64,000 bases of DNA from Hydrurus foetidus (lineage: Eukaryota): positions 62,001 through 126,000 of the forward strand of contig UYFQ01000506.1 in NCBI GenBank assembly GCA_900617105.1. Reading direction: 5' to 3'. Below, piece after piece: positions 1 through 12,220 of the stretch. Numbering within the stretch: position 1 is the stretch's first letter; every line of letters begins with the position of its first letter. The notes under the pieces were generated by a model. The model saw only the letters and a list, made by a program, of their open reading frames with translations, was not told where the DNA came from and made no database searches. Position numbers and translations under genes: made by a program.

Positions 1-2106
1 CGACCGTCACCGTCACCGAGGTGCTGGCGCCGGGCGCGAGTTCGACCTTGCGGAAACCGCCCAGGCGCTGGGGCGCTTCCCAAGACGCCCCATTGGCGCC
101 GGCCTTGGGCGCGACATAGACCTGCGGCACGTCCTTGCCGGTCCGCGCGCCGACATTCTGGACGTCGAAGCTGACGGTCAGAACGCCGTTGGCGTCAGAC
201 GCCTTGAGGTTCGAATAGGCGAACTGGGTGTAGGACAGGCCATAGCCGAACGGGAACAGCGGCTCGTGCTTCTTGAGGTCGAACCACTTGTAACCGATCG
301 CTGCGCCTTCGATCCGGTAGTCGACGTCGAACAGGACGTCGGGCGTCTTGGGATCGCCGTCCAGCTTGGGACGGGGCAGTTGGGTGACGTCCCTGGGGAA
401 GGTCACGGGCAGGCGGCCCGAGGCGTCGACCTCGCCGGTCAGCACGCGGGCGATGGCCTCGCCGCCATTGGTGCCGGGAACCAGGCCTGCAACACGGCGC
501 TGACCTCGTTCAGCCAGGGCATGAGCACGGGCCGCCGGTCTCCAGCACGACCACCGTCCTGGCGTTGGCCTTGGCGACGGCGGCGATGGTGGCGTCCTGG
601 TTGTTGGGCAGGTTCAGGGTCCAGACGTCTTCCGACTCGGTGGTCCACTGGTCGGCAAAGACGATGGCCAGGTCGCTGGCGGCGGCCAGCTTGGCGGCGG
701 CGGCCGGGTCCCGCCGTCGGCGAAGGTGATCCTGGCGTTCGGGAAGCGGGCCTGCAGCGCCTTCAGCGGCGAGGAGGATAGTAGATCACCGGGCCCGGCC
801 AGGTGGCGGGCAAGAGGCCCTGCACAGCGCGACCGCCGGCCGGATAGACCTGCGAGGAGCCGCCGCCCGACAGCACCCCGACATCGGCATGGGCGCCGAT
901 CACGGCGATGGTTTTTGCGGTCTTGGCCAGGGGCAGGAGACCCCCCTGGTTCTTCAGCAGGACCATGCCTTCCTCGGCGTCGGCCTGGCTGACCAGACCG
1001 TTGGCCTTCAGGTCGATGGGCGCGATCTTGACCGGGTGATCGACCGCGCCGCTGGCGAACAGGGCGCGGGTGATGCGGCGAGCCATGTCGTCCAGCCGCG
1101 CGCCGCTGACGGCGCCGCTGGCCAGGTCGGCCTTGAGCACCGAGCCCAGGAAGTTCTGCTTGTCGAAGGCGTCGCCGGCCGACTGCTGGTCGAGGCCCGC
1201 ATTGACCGCCTTGGAGCCGGAATGCACCGCGCCCCAGTCGCTCATCACATAGCCCTTGAAGCCCCAGTCCTTCTTCAGGACCGTGTTCAGCAGCCAGTCG
1301 TTCTCGCAGGCATAGACGCTGTTGACGCGGTTATAGGCGCACATCACCGACTGCGGGTCGGACTGCTCGATGGCGAACTGGAAGGCCAGCAGGTCCGACA
1401 TCCGGGCCGAGGTCTCGTCGATATTGGCGCTGAGGATGAAGCGGCCGGTCTCCTGATTGTTCAGGGCGTAGTGCTTGATCGTGGAGACGATGTGGTTGGA
1501 CTGGATGCCCTTGATCTGGGCGGCCACCATTGTGCCGGCCAGCAGCGGATCCTCGCCGCCATATTCGAAGTTGCGGCCGTTGCGGGGCTCGCGCACCAGA
1601 TTGACGCCGCCGGCCAGCATGACGTTGAAGCCGGAATTGCGGGCCTCCGAGCCGATCATCGCGCCGCCCTTGAACGCCAGGTCGGGGTTCCAGGTGGCGG
1701 TCGTGGCCATACCCGAGGGCAGGGCGGTGCGTTCGCGGAATTCCTTGGCGCTGCCCTGGGTTGCGACGCCGATGCCGGCGTCGGTCTCCCACTGCTCGGG
1801 GATGCCCAGGCGCGGGATGCCCTTCACGTAACCGGCCGAGCCGGGCAGGGAGCCTTCGATGCGCGTGTACTTGGGCTTCATGTCGGCGCCGAAATAGCCG
1901 AACACCAGGGTCAGCTTCTCGTCCTGGGTCATGGCCTTGACGACCAGGTCGGCGCGGGTGTCGGGATCAAGCTTGGCGTTCAGCCAGGGCTGGGCGGCTG
2001 CGGCGGGCGCCGCCTGCGTCGCCGTCTGGGCCTGGGCGTTCAGCGCCGTCGCGGACGCGCCGATCATCAGCGCCAGGGCCAGGCCCTGGAATGTCTGCTG
2101 GTTCAT
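1..2106 (-). CDS. Glycoside hydrolase family 3 beta-glucosidase, Sec-exported; runs off the window edge; several apparent frameshifts between about 480 and 780
   Basis: ORF 763..2136 has GH3 motifs (REPRNGRNFEYGGEDP, IKHYA, MCAYN, GYVMSDW). The C-terminal domain (AVLQAWFP) and the Fn3-like tail continue in other frames. GGAGG lies just upstream of the ATG at 2106. Confidence 0.9.
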
Positions 2107-2165
2107 GTTTCCTCCGTACTCGTTTGTCTGGGCCACCGGCCGTTATCGGCTCGGCGGCGAAGGGG

Positions 2166-3209
2166 TCAGGTCTTTCGCTTCGGCGGCCCGCCGCTGCGAG
2201 CGGGGCCAGTCGATTCGCGGACGATCAGGCTGTGCTGGGCCAGGAACGGCGCGGCGGCCTTGCCGGCGAGCTCATTGGCGTTCCACGCGCGGAAGGTCTG
2301 CAGGGCTCGCAGCGCCATCTGTTCGAAGGGCTGGCGAATGGTGGTCAGGGTCGGCCAGATCACGGCGGCGATCGGCGCATCGTCGAAGCCGACCACCGAG
2401 AGATCGTCTGGAATGCGCAGCCCGCGACGCTGGGCCTCCATGCAGGTGGCGGCGGCCATGTCGTCATTGGCGGCGAAGATCGCGGTCGGCGGCTCGTCGA
2501 CATCCAGCAGCACCTTGGCCGCCTCCACGCCGGTCTTGAAGGTGAACTCGCCGTCGGCGATCAGCTCCGGCGCGGGACGCGGGAGGCCTCGGGCGGCATA
2601 GGCCTCGAAGAAGCCGTTGCGGCGATGGGTGCTGGCGGCATGGTCGGGATGGCCCGAGATGTGGCCGATCCGGGTGTGGCCCTGGCTGAACAGGTGCTCG
2701 ACCACCTCGCGGGCGGCGGCGCGGTCGTCCATCGCGATGGCGGGAAAGAAAGGATCGGGGCTGGTCGGCGAGATCAGCACACAGCGGACCTCAAGCTCGC
2801 GCATCAGCTCCTTCAGCGGACCAAAATCGCATTCGGGCGGCAGCAGGATCATCTCGCGCACCCCGCCATCGGCGACGAAGGCGCGGATGCGGTCCTGCCA
2901 GCCCGCCACCGGGCCGTCGAACAGGTCGACCGTCAGGTGGCGCCCGGTTTCGACACAGGCCAGCAGCAGGGCATGGTGCATCTTGGTGTGGTAGCCGCCG
3001 CTGGGATCGCCCATCAGCACCCCCACCGAGGACGAGCTGTTCGAGCGCAAGCTGCGAGCGACCGCGCTGGGCTGGTAACCGAGGTCCTGCATGGCCATGC
3101 GAACGCGGTCGCGCGTCTTGGCGCTGACGCTCTCATGATCGTTGAGGACGCGAGAGACCGTCTTGGGCGAGACCTCCGCCCGTTCGGCCACATCGTGGAT
3201 CGTCGCCAT
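2166..3209 (-). CDS. LacI-family transcriptional regulator
   Basis: N-terminal ATIHDVAERAEVSPKTVSRVLN HTH and C-terminal sugar-binding motifs (PTAIFAAND, IPDDLSVVGFDD, PTLTTIRQP). Confidence 0.95.
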   Translation of the reverse strand: MATIHDVAERAEVSPKTVSRVLNDHESVSAKTRDRVRMAMQDLGYQPSAVARSLRSNSSSSVGVLMGDPSGGYHTKMHHALLLACVETGRHLTVDLFDGPVAGWQDRIRAFVADGGVREMILLPPECDFGPLKELMRELEVRCVLISPTSPDPFFPAIAMDDRAAAREVVEHLFSQGHTRIGHISGHPDHAASTHRRNGFFEAYAARGLPRPAPELIADGEFTFKTGVEAAKVLLDVDEPPTAIFAANDDMAAATCMEAQRRGLRIPDDLSVVGFDDAPIAAVIWPTLTTIRQPFEQMALRALQTFRAWNANELAGKAAAPFLAQHSLIVRESTGPARSGGPPKRKT

Positions 3210-3457
3210 TGCGTTTCTACACCCGGTTGCGCGTTCTTACTGACCGGACTCCACCACGGTGAAGGTGGCGAGGGCAAGGCTGCGCGTCATGCAAGTCATA
3301 GCTGACGGTGTCCGACTTGTCATGCATCAGGACAAATTTCGGCTAAAAGCGGTCATTTGTCAGGACATTTAAGGGACATAAACTCGCGACATTTCCGGCC
3401 CGGCGAGCGTGGTCCCAGGGCGGATTTGACGCTGAAGGCGCTCTACTCGCTGTATCG

Positions 3458-3471
3458 TGGGAGCGTTACCA
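3458..3471. promoter_or_regulatory. Candidate LacI-type operator TGGGAGCGTTACCA
   Basis: Imperfect CG-centred 14-bp palindrome of LacI-family form in the divergent lacI/TBDR region. Confidence 0.35.
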
Positions 3472-3628
3472 ACGGCGCGCCAGAAGGGGCCGGAGGCGTC
3501 GTCGCGCAGGTCAAACTGCCGATTTTCTGCGGATAGTTGCGAGGAATGGCCGGATGGGGCGGCAATTTTCCAGATGAAGCCCTGTTTGCCCAGTTCTCCT
3601 GGAGCGGCCAATGGCCTTGTGCCGCGGT

Positions 3629-3646
3629 AATGACAACGTTGACATT
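3629..3646. promoter_or_regulatory. Candidate LacI-type operator AATGACAACGTTGACATT
   Basis: Near-perfect CG-centred palindrome upstream of the TBDR; a close variant occurs at 39128-39141. Confidence 0.6.
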
Positions 3647-3872
3647 CTTGTTGACTTGGTTGGGACATTTGGGGATGTTGGGCTTAACCGATAACGGTGT
3701 TGGGCCGGAATCGACAGCCCGGGCGCTGGGGGTCGCCGTCAAGAACGGACATCGCGGACAAGCGGTTCACCGGGCCTTAAGGCGCTCAATCGGTTCTGGA
3801 GTGCGTCGCGTAGACGGCGCGCCCAGGAACGGAGTGAACGATCATAAAAACGTTAGTTGGGGAGCGAGGAAT

Positions 3873-6800
3873 TTGACTAATCAACATAGGAAAGCCGTGC
3901 TTACGCGCGGCCTGGCGGTGGCCTTGCTGGCCGGCGCCTCGCAGGTGGCTCTGACCACCGGCGCATTCGCCCAGACCGCTGCGGCCGACACCACGGTTGA
4001 AGAAGTGGTCGTCACCGGGTTCGCGGATCTCAGATCAAGTCGGTCGACGTCAAGCGCACGCAAGCTTCGATCGTCGACGCCATCTCGGCCGAAGACATCG
4101 GCAAGCTGCCCGACGTCACCATCGCCGACTCGCTGCAGCGCATCTCGGGCATCCAGGTCCAGCGCAATGCCGGCGAGGGGACCACGGTCAACATCCGCGG
4201 TCTGGCCCAGGTCATCACCCTGCTGAACGGCGAACAGTATCTCAGCGCCGGCAACATGGGCTCGGCCCAGCCGAACCTGCTGGACGTGCCGTCCCAGTTG
4301 ATGAACCAGGTGCTGGTCTTCAAGTCGACGGATCCGAAGAACGCCCTGTCGGGCATCTCGGGCACCATCGACCTGAAGACCCGCCGTCCGTTCCAGCTGC
4401 CGAAGGGCTTCACCTTCGCCGGTGGCCTCGAAGGCCAACAGGGCGATCGCACCTCTGAAAACGACTATCTGGCCAATGGCGTCCTGAACTGGCGCAATGA
4501 CCGCGTCGGCCTGATGGTGTCGGCCGCCAAGAGCAAGTCGAACCTGGGTAACAACTATTCCGGCACCGTCGGCCTGTCGGGCAACAATGACTGGGGTGGC
4601 AGTTTCCCCAACAGCTACATCTCGCCCCACGGCTTCGAGAGCTTCAACCGCGTCGTTGAGCGCGATCGCCTGGGCGTCAACGTCGCCCTCGAAGCCGATC
4701 TCGGCGAAGGCTTCACCCTGATCGCCGAAGGCTTCTACGCGGAACTTGAAGAATACAACCGCGCCGTCGGCATCAACATCTCCAACCGTTGGGACGGCGG
4801 CGCTTTCGGCGCATGGACCAAGCCCACTGCGTCGACCCCGGTCGGCATTGGCAACTGGCTGGCCGTTGACGAATACGACATCGACGCCTGGTGGATTAAC
4901 TCCTTCACCGTCAACCGCACCACCAAGTCCAAGACCAAGAACTACAACCTCGAACTGAACTACGATAACGGTGGTCCGTTCACCTTCGAGACTCGCGCCA
5001 TCCGCGCCGACGGCGAACGCCTCAGCATGAACGGCCAGGCCCAGGGCGACCTGAGCAACTGGCGCTACGCGCCAGGCCGCTTCAACCTGTTCCGCGACGC
5101 CAACGACCGCACGCGCGGCACCTTCTATCCGAAGGCCATCTGCGACAAGTTCCCGGTCGCCCGCCGCACCAACGCCGTCGCCGGCAGCGCCGGCGGTTGC
5201 TACCTGGATCCGAACCCGCAGGGCTACGGCGCCAACCCGCAACTGCACTACAACATCGGTGGTGATCACCCGGTGTGGTCGGGCTTCGACAAGCCGCTGG
5301 TTGGCGGCCTGGGCGCGGGCAAGACCCTCAAAGACTACATGGCTAACAAGGATAGCTATGCGATCGGGGCCTTCTCGTCGGAAGGCAACAACGAAGTCGA
5401 GTCGGACATGAACGTGTTCCGCGCCGACGGTCACTACGAGTTCGAAGACAAGTTCCTGGGCTTCATCACCAAGATCGATGCTGGCGTTCGCCAGAGCGAA
5501 CGTTCGGTCGATGTTGAGCAGTTCCACCTGTTCTCGGGCTTCTACGGCGGCTCGCCCGGTTCGGTTCAGGCCAATGGCACGCCGGTTCCGGCGGGCGGCT
5601 GCGAGGCCCAGTGGAAGGCCATCGACGTCGTCATGAGCCAGAACCAGTGCCAGGCAGGCGAATTCGTGCGCGACCCGGTCACCGGTCTGCAGGTGTTCCA
5701 GGGTTACACCGTCAATGCGCCGACCCGACTGGACACCTACAACAACACCGTCTGGGTCGACGATCTGGGTGGCGTGACCAGCGGCATTCCCGGCTTCTGG
5801 GCCATCGATCCGCGCGACTTCGATGATGCGGAAGCCTTCCACAAGAAGGTGTTCGGCGGCGCGATCCGCGTCCAGATCCCCGGCCAGACCTATGATGTCA
5901 GCCTGCGCGAGCAGAGCGCCTTCGGTGCGGCCAACTTCGAAGCCGGCGGCCTGTCGGGTAACTTTGGCCTGCGCGTCATCGAGACCGAACTGACGGTGAA
6001 GCAGAACCTAACCGGCGACACCCGCAACTACGGCGACACCAACGCCGATGCCGGCGACAACGTCACCAAGCGGAAATACACCGACTGGCTGCCGTCGTTG
6101 AACCTGACCTACGACCTGGGTGATCACCTCAAAATCCGCGCGGCCTACTCCAAGACCATGCAGCCGCTGGACTTGGGCAACTACGGCGGCGGTCTGTCGA
6201 TCTTCACGTCAGACTGCGGCGCGGCCCTGCCGAACGTCCGCTGCGTGACCGGCGCCAGCGCTTCGGGTAACCCGAACCTGGACCCCTGGCGCTCGCAGAA
6301 CTTCGACGGCGCCGTCGAGTACTATTTCGGTCGCGCCTCGATGCTGAACATCTCGGCCTTCAAGCTGAAGATCGACAGCTTCGTGACCGGCGGCACGACG
6401 ACGGGCCGCTTCCCCGACCAGGACGGCGTGATCCGTCGCACCGTCAGCGTCTCCCTGCCCATCCAGGGCGATGGCGGCGAGGTCAAGGGTCTGGAAGTGG
6501 GCGCCAAGCTCGCCATGAGCGACATCCTGCCGGATGCAGGCTTCCTGTCGAACTTCGGCGTCGACACCAACTACACCAACTCGCCCAGCAAGGAGTCGCG
6601 GGTCGGCCTGGACGGCAAGAAGCTGTCCTTCGTCGACAACTCCAAGCACCAGTTCAACCTGGTGGGTTGGTACCAGGACGAGAAGCTGCAGGCGCGCGTC
6701 GCCTACAACTATCGCACGGATCGTCTGTCCAGCGTGATGAGCAACAACATCCCGATCTATCAGGACAGCACCGGATACGTTGATGTGAACGTCAGCTACA

Positions 6801-6955
6801 ATGTTCGTGAAAACGTCACCGTCTACTTCAACGGTTCGAACGTGACCGGCGAGATTGAGGATTACTACGCTAAGTTTGCGGCGGGTAAGACCCAGTACAT
6901 CAGCCAGAACGAGTTCGAACCGCGTTACACTGTCGGCCTGCGGGCTCGCTGGTAA
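3873..6955 (+). CDS. TonB-dependent receptor, carbohydrate-uptake type; frameshift near 4025-4050
   Basis: TTG start after GGGGAG/GAGGA, signal peptide ending AFA, TonB box VEEVVVTGF. The plug (ISAEDIGKLPDVTIADSLQRISGIQV) is in the next frame, and the barrel ends YTVGLRARW. Confidence 0.93.
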
Positions 6956-6975
6956 CTTTTAGGCTCACCTCCTGC

Positions 6976-7012
6976 AGCCGCCGTGACTCCCCTGTCACGG
7001 CGGCTCTTTTTT
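6976..7012 (+). terminator. Intrinsic terminator after the TBDR
   Basis: 12-bp stem AGCCGCCGTGAC/GTCACGGCGGCT followed by CTTTTTT. Confidence 0.85.
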
Positions 7013-7107
7013 GGAGGCGGACCTGTCCGAGACGGATGCCAGGCGATAGCCTAGACCTCCGCCGGACCTATCTGAACGCGCTTTGGGAGGGCGTTTTGGA
7101 CCAGCCC

Positions 7108-8621
7108 ATGACTGACAACCGTCTTCGCAGCGTCGTCATTGTTGGCGGTGGCACGGCCGGCTGGATGGCGGCGGCCAGTCTGCAACGTCATTTCCAGGGC
7201 TCGCCGCTGAAGATCACCCTGATCGAAAGTTCCGAGATCGGAACCGTCGGGGTCGGCGAAGCCACCATCCCGACCATCCGCAACTTCTACCAGAACCTGG
7301 GTCTGAGCGACCTGGATGTGATGCGGGCCACAGGCGCCACCTGCAAGCTGGGTATCCGCTTCAACGACTGGCTGAAACCCGGCTCGTCGTTCATCCATCC
7401 GTTTGGCCTGTTTGGTCAGGACCTGCGGGGCGTGCCCTTCCACAATTACTGGCTGCGGCTAAAGGCGCTGGGTGAGACCGCCGGGATCGGCGAATACTCT
7501 CTGGCCGCGCTGGCCAAGGGCGGCAAGTTTACCCAGCCGTCGCGCAATCCGCCGTCCAGCCTGTCGGTCTTTGACTGGGCCCTGCATTTCGACGCCAGTC
7601 TGTTTGCGGGCCTGATGCGAAAGGTCGCCGAAGCCGCCGGGGTTCAGCGCATCGACGCGAAGATCACCCAGGTCAACCTGCGGCCTGAGGACGGCTTCAT
7701 CGCCTCGGTCGATCTCGACAATGGCTCGACTGTCGAGGGCGAGCTCTTCATCGACTGCTCCGGCTTCCGCGGCCTGCTGATCGAGCAGGCCCTGCACACC
7801 GGCTACGAGGACTGGAGCCCGTGGCTGTGCGACCGCGCCTTGGCCGTGCAAAGCGAAGGCACTGGAGAGCCGCCGCCCTATACCGACGTCACGGCCCACA
7901 GCGCCGGCTGGCGCTGGCGCATTCCGCTTCAGCACCGCTATGGCAATGGCTACGTCTATTCCAGCCGTCACATCAGCGACGAGGCCGCGATGGCGGAGCT
8001 GAAGGCCGCCGTGCCTGATCCGCTGCTGCACGAGCCGCGTCAGATCCGCTTCACCCCGGCCGCCGCCTTAAGGCCTGGAACAAGAACTGCGTCGCCCTGG
8101 GCCTGGCGGCGGGATTCCTCGAGCCGCTGGAGAGCACGAGCATCGCCCTGATTGAGACAGGCATCGAGAAGATCAAGCAGCTCTTCCCGGACCGGACCTT
8201 CAATCAGGGCGTAGTCGACGAGTTCAATGACATGTCGAGGTTGGAGATGGAGCGCGTCCGCGACTTCATCATCCTGCACTACAAGGCCAACCAGCGGGAC
8301 GACACGGCGTTCTGGCGCGACTGTCAGGCCGTGGTCGTTCCAGACACCCTCCGGCACAAGATTGAGCTGTTCCGCGAGCGCGGCCACTTCATCCGCTATC
8401 GCTGGGAGATGTTCCAGCCGGCCAGCTGGCTGGCGATCTATACGGGCTTCGATATCCTGCCCAAGATCTGGGATCCCAGCCTTGACGGCCTGGACGTCGA
8501 GTCGCTGCGACGCGGCATGGCCGAGATGCGCAAGGCCGTGAAGGCCGCCGTCGACGCCGCGCCCAGGCACGGCGACTTTCTGGAAAACTACGCGCGACCG
8601 GCGCCTATGGCCGCGCAGTAA
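7108..8621 (+). CDS. Flavin-dependent tryptophan-halogenase-family protein; frameshift near 8060
   Basis: GGGTAGW FAD motif, GVGEATIP, ATCKLGIRF (catalytic Lys position), FIDCSGF, GWRWRIPLQHR. FLEPLESTSI and RDFIILHY follow in the downstream frame. Confidence 0.92.
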
Positions 8622-8647
8622 GAGACAAGAAACGAGTAGGGACGGAC

Positions 8648-10178
8648 ATGCAGGACGCCAATCAGAATGGGATCCGCAAGGTCGTGATCGTCGGCGGCGG
8701 CAGCGCCGGCTGGATTTGCGCGGCCATGGCCAGCCACTACTTCCACAAGACGGGCGTCGAGGTGGAACTGATCGAGTCCGAAGAGATCGGCACGATTGGC
8801 GTAGGGGAATCGACCATCCCGCCGTTCCTGCAGTTGATCCGCAGCCTGGGGATCGACGAGCAGGACTTCATCCAGAAGACCCAGGCCAGCTTCAAGCTGG
8901 CCATCCGTTTCGAGAACTGGCGAAAAAAGGGCGAGACCTATTATCACCCCTTCGGCCAGATCGGCGGCCCCATCGGTCGGCACGAGTTCTACCAGTGCTG
9001 GCTTCGAGCCAAGGCCAACGGCCATACCTCGAACTTGCAGGATTTCGCCCCGGCCACGGTGATGGCCGACCAGTGGAAGTTCATCCCGCCTTTCCGCGCC
9101 CAGAAGACCCTGCTCAGCGGCGCCAGCTATGCCCTGCATATCGACGCCAAGCTGGTGGCCCAGTACCTGCGCGACTTTGCCGAGACCCGGGGCGTCAAGC
9201 GCACCGAGGGCATCGTCACCGATGTGGTCTCCCGTCCCGACGGCTTCGTCGAGAAGGTGATCATGAAGAACGGCAGCGAGGTTGCGGGCGACCTCTTCAT
9301 CGACTGCTCGGGCTTCCGGGCGCTGCTGATCGGCAAGACCCTGGATGAGGACTATCGGGACTGGTCGGATGTGCTGATGTGCGATCGCGCGGTCGTCGCC
9401 CAGACCGAGAACGTCAAGGATCCGCATCCCTACACCCTGGCCCAGGCCCAGGATGCCGGCTGGCGCTGGCGGATCCCGCTGCAGCATCGGGCGGGCAATG
9501 GCTATGTGTTCTGCAGCCAGTACATCAGCGAGGACGAGGCCACGGCCACCCTGCTCAGCCAGATCGAGGGCGATGTGCTGTTGGGCCCCAACATCATTCC
9601 GTTCAAGACCGGCATGCGAAAGCGGCTGTTCCGCAACAATGTCGTGGCCATCGGCCTGGCTGGCGGTTTCATCGAACCGCTGGAATCCACCGCCCTGCAC
9701 CTGATCTACCGCGGCATGGATTTCCTGCTGCGCTATTTCCCGACAAGGTTTTTTCGATCCTCGCCTGGCGGCCGAATACAATCGCCGCATGACGATGGAC
9801 TATGAAGAGATCCGCGACTTCATCGTGCTGCACTATTGCACGACGAAGCGCGACGACACGCCGTTCTGGCGCGACTACCAGAAGATCACCCTGCCCGAGA
9901 GCCTGCGCGAGCGGATGGAGCTGTTCAAGTCCAGCGCCGTCCTGCGCGACGGTGTCGACGACATGTTCCGCGCGCCCAGCTGGCAGTCGATCATGGAAGG
10001 CATGGGCATCCGCCCTGACCGCTATCAGCAGTTGGTCGACGCCGCGCCCTATTCGGTGATCCAGCAGACGCTGGACCAGTCGGCCCCGATCCTCAAGGCG
10101 CAGGTCGCCGCCCTGCCCAGCCACGGCGAGTTCCTGGCCCAGCATTGCCCGGCGGCGCCGTTCAAGCGCAGCGCTTAG
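8648..10178 (+). CDS. Second tryptophan-halogenase-family protein; frameshift near 9745
   Basis: GGGSAGW, GVGESTIP, ASFKLAIRF, GWRWRIPLQHR, FIEPLESTA; C-terminus IRDFIVLHY in ORF 9789..10178. Confidence 0.92.
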
Positions 10179-12220
10179 GGCTTTGCCGCCATCGGCAGAC
10201 GGACCTGGGCCACCAGCCCGTCGGGCCCCAGCGCAAGTGGATGTCGCCGCCGTGGGCCCGGATGGTCGAGCGCGAGGTCGACAGGCCAAGGCCCACGCCC
10301 TGCTGCGTTGAGGTGCGCCTCGGCGCTGCGATAGAAGGGCAGAAAGACGCGGTCCAGATCGCTGTCGACCAGACCGGGTCCCCGGTCGGTGATCTCGGCG
10401 ACGATCTCGCTGCGTTCGGCGAACAGTCGCACCTGGGCCTCATCGCCATACTTGATGGCGTTGTCGATCAGGTTGGCGAAGACCCGCTGCACGCTCAGCA
10501 CATCGACCTCCACCTCGGCCGGTGCGCCCGGTTCCAGGCTGACCTGGGCCCCGACAACTTCGGCGTCGTCGACGGCGCATTCGAGGATGGAACGCAGATC
10601 AACCCGCTGGCGCACGCCCGCTTCGGCGTTGTCGCGCATGAAGGTCAGGACTGAGGTGATCATCGCCTCCATCTGATCCAGATCCCTGGCCATCTCCCGA
10701 CGCAGGGACGGCGAGGCGCGCTCGATGCGAAAGCGAAGGCGGGCCAGGGGGGTGCGCAGGTCATGCGAGATGGCGCCGATCATGCCGGTGCGGTCCTCGA
10801 CATAGCGCCGCAGTCGCCCCTGCATCAGGTTGAAGGCGCGGGCGGCCTGACCCACCTCGGCCGGGCCGCTCAGGGTGGCGACATCGGCGGTCGGCTCGCG
10901 ACCCAGGCGCTCAGCGGCGCGGGCGAAGTCTGTCAGCGGCGCGGCCAGGCGGCGGGCGAAGATCCAGCCCAGCGGCGCGACGATCGCAAACGACAGGGCG
11001 AACCACAGCATCAACCGCTTCTGCCAGCTGTTGGGGAAGGTCTCGGGCTGGGTGCGCAGGGTCACCCAGCGATGGGGCGCGACGCGATAGGCGGCGATGA
11101 AGTCGCCCTCGACATAGGGCGCCGGGGCGAGGCCGAAGAGACCGCGCGGCTCGGGGGGCGTGATCGGGCGTCCGGGATCGGGCTTGGGAGGCGTGGCTTG
11201 GGCCGCTGCGGTGACGGCCACGGCGACCACTGGCGCGCGGGTGATCGTGAGCTCAGCCGGCGGCGCAGGTTGTGCGCTTAGGGGCGCTGGCGCGGCTATG
11301 GTGTCGCTGGTGATGGGGCGAACCGAAGACCGTGTGGCCGGCGCGGGGGCGCCGTGCGCCGGGGCGGAGACCGAGGACACACTGAACAGGATGGGCGCCG
11401 CTGCGACAAAGCCTTCGCTGGGCGACATCACCGGACCGATCGGGCCCAGCATGGACGGGTGAGCCAGTCCGGCCATCGGCATGATCATCCGTGGGCGGGC
11501 TGGCGAGGATTCCGGCAGGCTGCCCATCACAAACGGACGTTGGCGAGCACCGCCTGCGGAGGCGGGGGGAAAGCGCGACGCCCAGGCTGGCGGCGGCTGG
11601 CCCATTGGCCGAGAAGGGCCAGGGATCCTGTCGCCAAGACGCAGGGCCGCTGGCCCGCGCATGGCTCCGGCGGGAAAGCCGGTTGCAGGTGCGGCGCCGC
11701 CCGCCGGACGGGCGAGGAAACCGGGCGGCGGCGCGGCTAAGGGCGGCGGCGATGCGGTCTGGGCGGCGGCGCGGGGCGCGATGGCCGACCGCAGGGCGTC
11801 GGCCAGTCCGGATCGGGGGGCGGGCAGTTTGGCGCGCTCGACGCTGGTCAGGGTCCGGGTCGGGGGACCGGCGAAGGGCAGGGGGGCGTAGAACAGCAGC
11901 CGCACATCGTCCGGGTCGACGTTCATGATCCGGGCCAGATCGGCGTGGGCCGACTCCGGTACGAACCATCCGGGGCTCTGCAGACTGGGGGGCTGGCTGT
12001 CGCTGGCGCGCAGCAGCGGCAAGCCTCTGGTCGCAACAGGCGCGCCACGCAGGCCGGCCGCGATGTCGGCCAGGCTGTGCTGCGCGGGCGGAGCCGGAGG
12101 CAGGAGCAGGGTCAGCACCAGGGTGACCAGTTGGGCGACAACGATCCCGGCCAGCAGCAGCGCCACGATCTGCACGGCCAGAGGAGGGCTGGGCCAGCGA
12201 AGCCTGGACGAGGCTGTCAT
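10175..12220 (-). CDS. Sensor histidine kinase (HAMP-HisKA-HATPase) with a long Pro/Ala-rich extracytoplasmic region
   Basis: Two TM segments, H-box AISHDLRTPL, N-box NLIDNAIKY, G1 DRGPGL. G2 GVGLGLS appears in an alternative frame near 10290. Confidence 0.9.
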   Translation of the reverse strand: MTASSRLRWPSPPLAVQIVALLLAGIVVAQLVTLVLTLLLPPAPPAQHSLADIAAGLRGAPVATRGLPLLRASDSQPPSLQSPGWFVPESAHADLARIMNVDPDDVRLLFYAPLPFAGPPTRTLTSVERAKLPAPRSGLADALRSAIAPRAAAQTASPPPLAAPPPGFLARPAGGAAPATGFPAGAMRGPAALRLGDRIPGPSRPMGQPPPAWASRFPPASAGGARQRPFVMGSLPESSPARPRMIMPMAGLAHPSMLGPIGPVMSPSEGFVAAAPILFSVSSVSAPAHGAPAPATRSSVRPITSDTIAAPAPLSAQPAPPAELTITRAPVVAVAVTAAAQATPPKPDPGRPITPPEPRGLFGLAPAPYVEGDFIAAYRVAPHRWVTLRTQPETFPNSWQKRLMLWFALSFAIVAPLGWIFARRLAAPLTDFARAAERLGREPTADVATLSGPAEVGQAARAFNLMQGRLRRYVEDRTGMIGAISHDLRTPLARLRFRIERASPSLRREMARDLDQMEAMITSVLTFMRDNAEAGVRQRVDLRSILECAVDDAEVVGAQVSLEPGAPAEVEVDVLSVQRVFANLIDNAIKYGDEAQVRLFAERSEIVAEITDRGPGLVDSDLDRVFLPFYRSAEAHLNAAGRGPWPVDLALDHPGPRRRHPLALGPDGLVAQVRLPMAAKP

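Noticed and set aside
7108..10178. Pyrrolnitrin- or rebeccamycin-type biosynthetic cluster
   Set aside because: No PrnB/PrnD, NRPS, PKS or flavin reductase genes are nearby; the context is carbohydrate uptake
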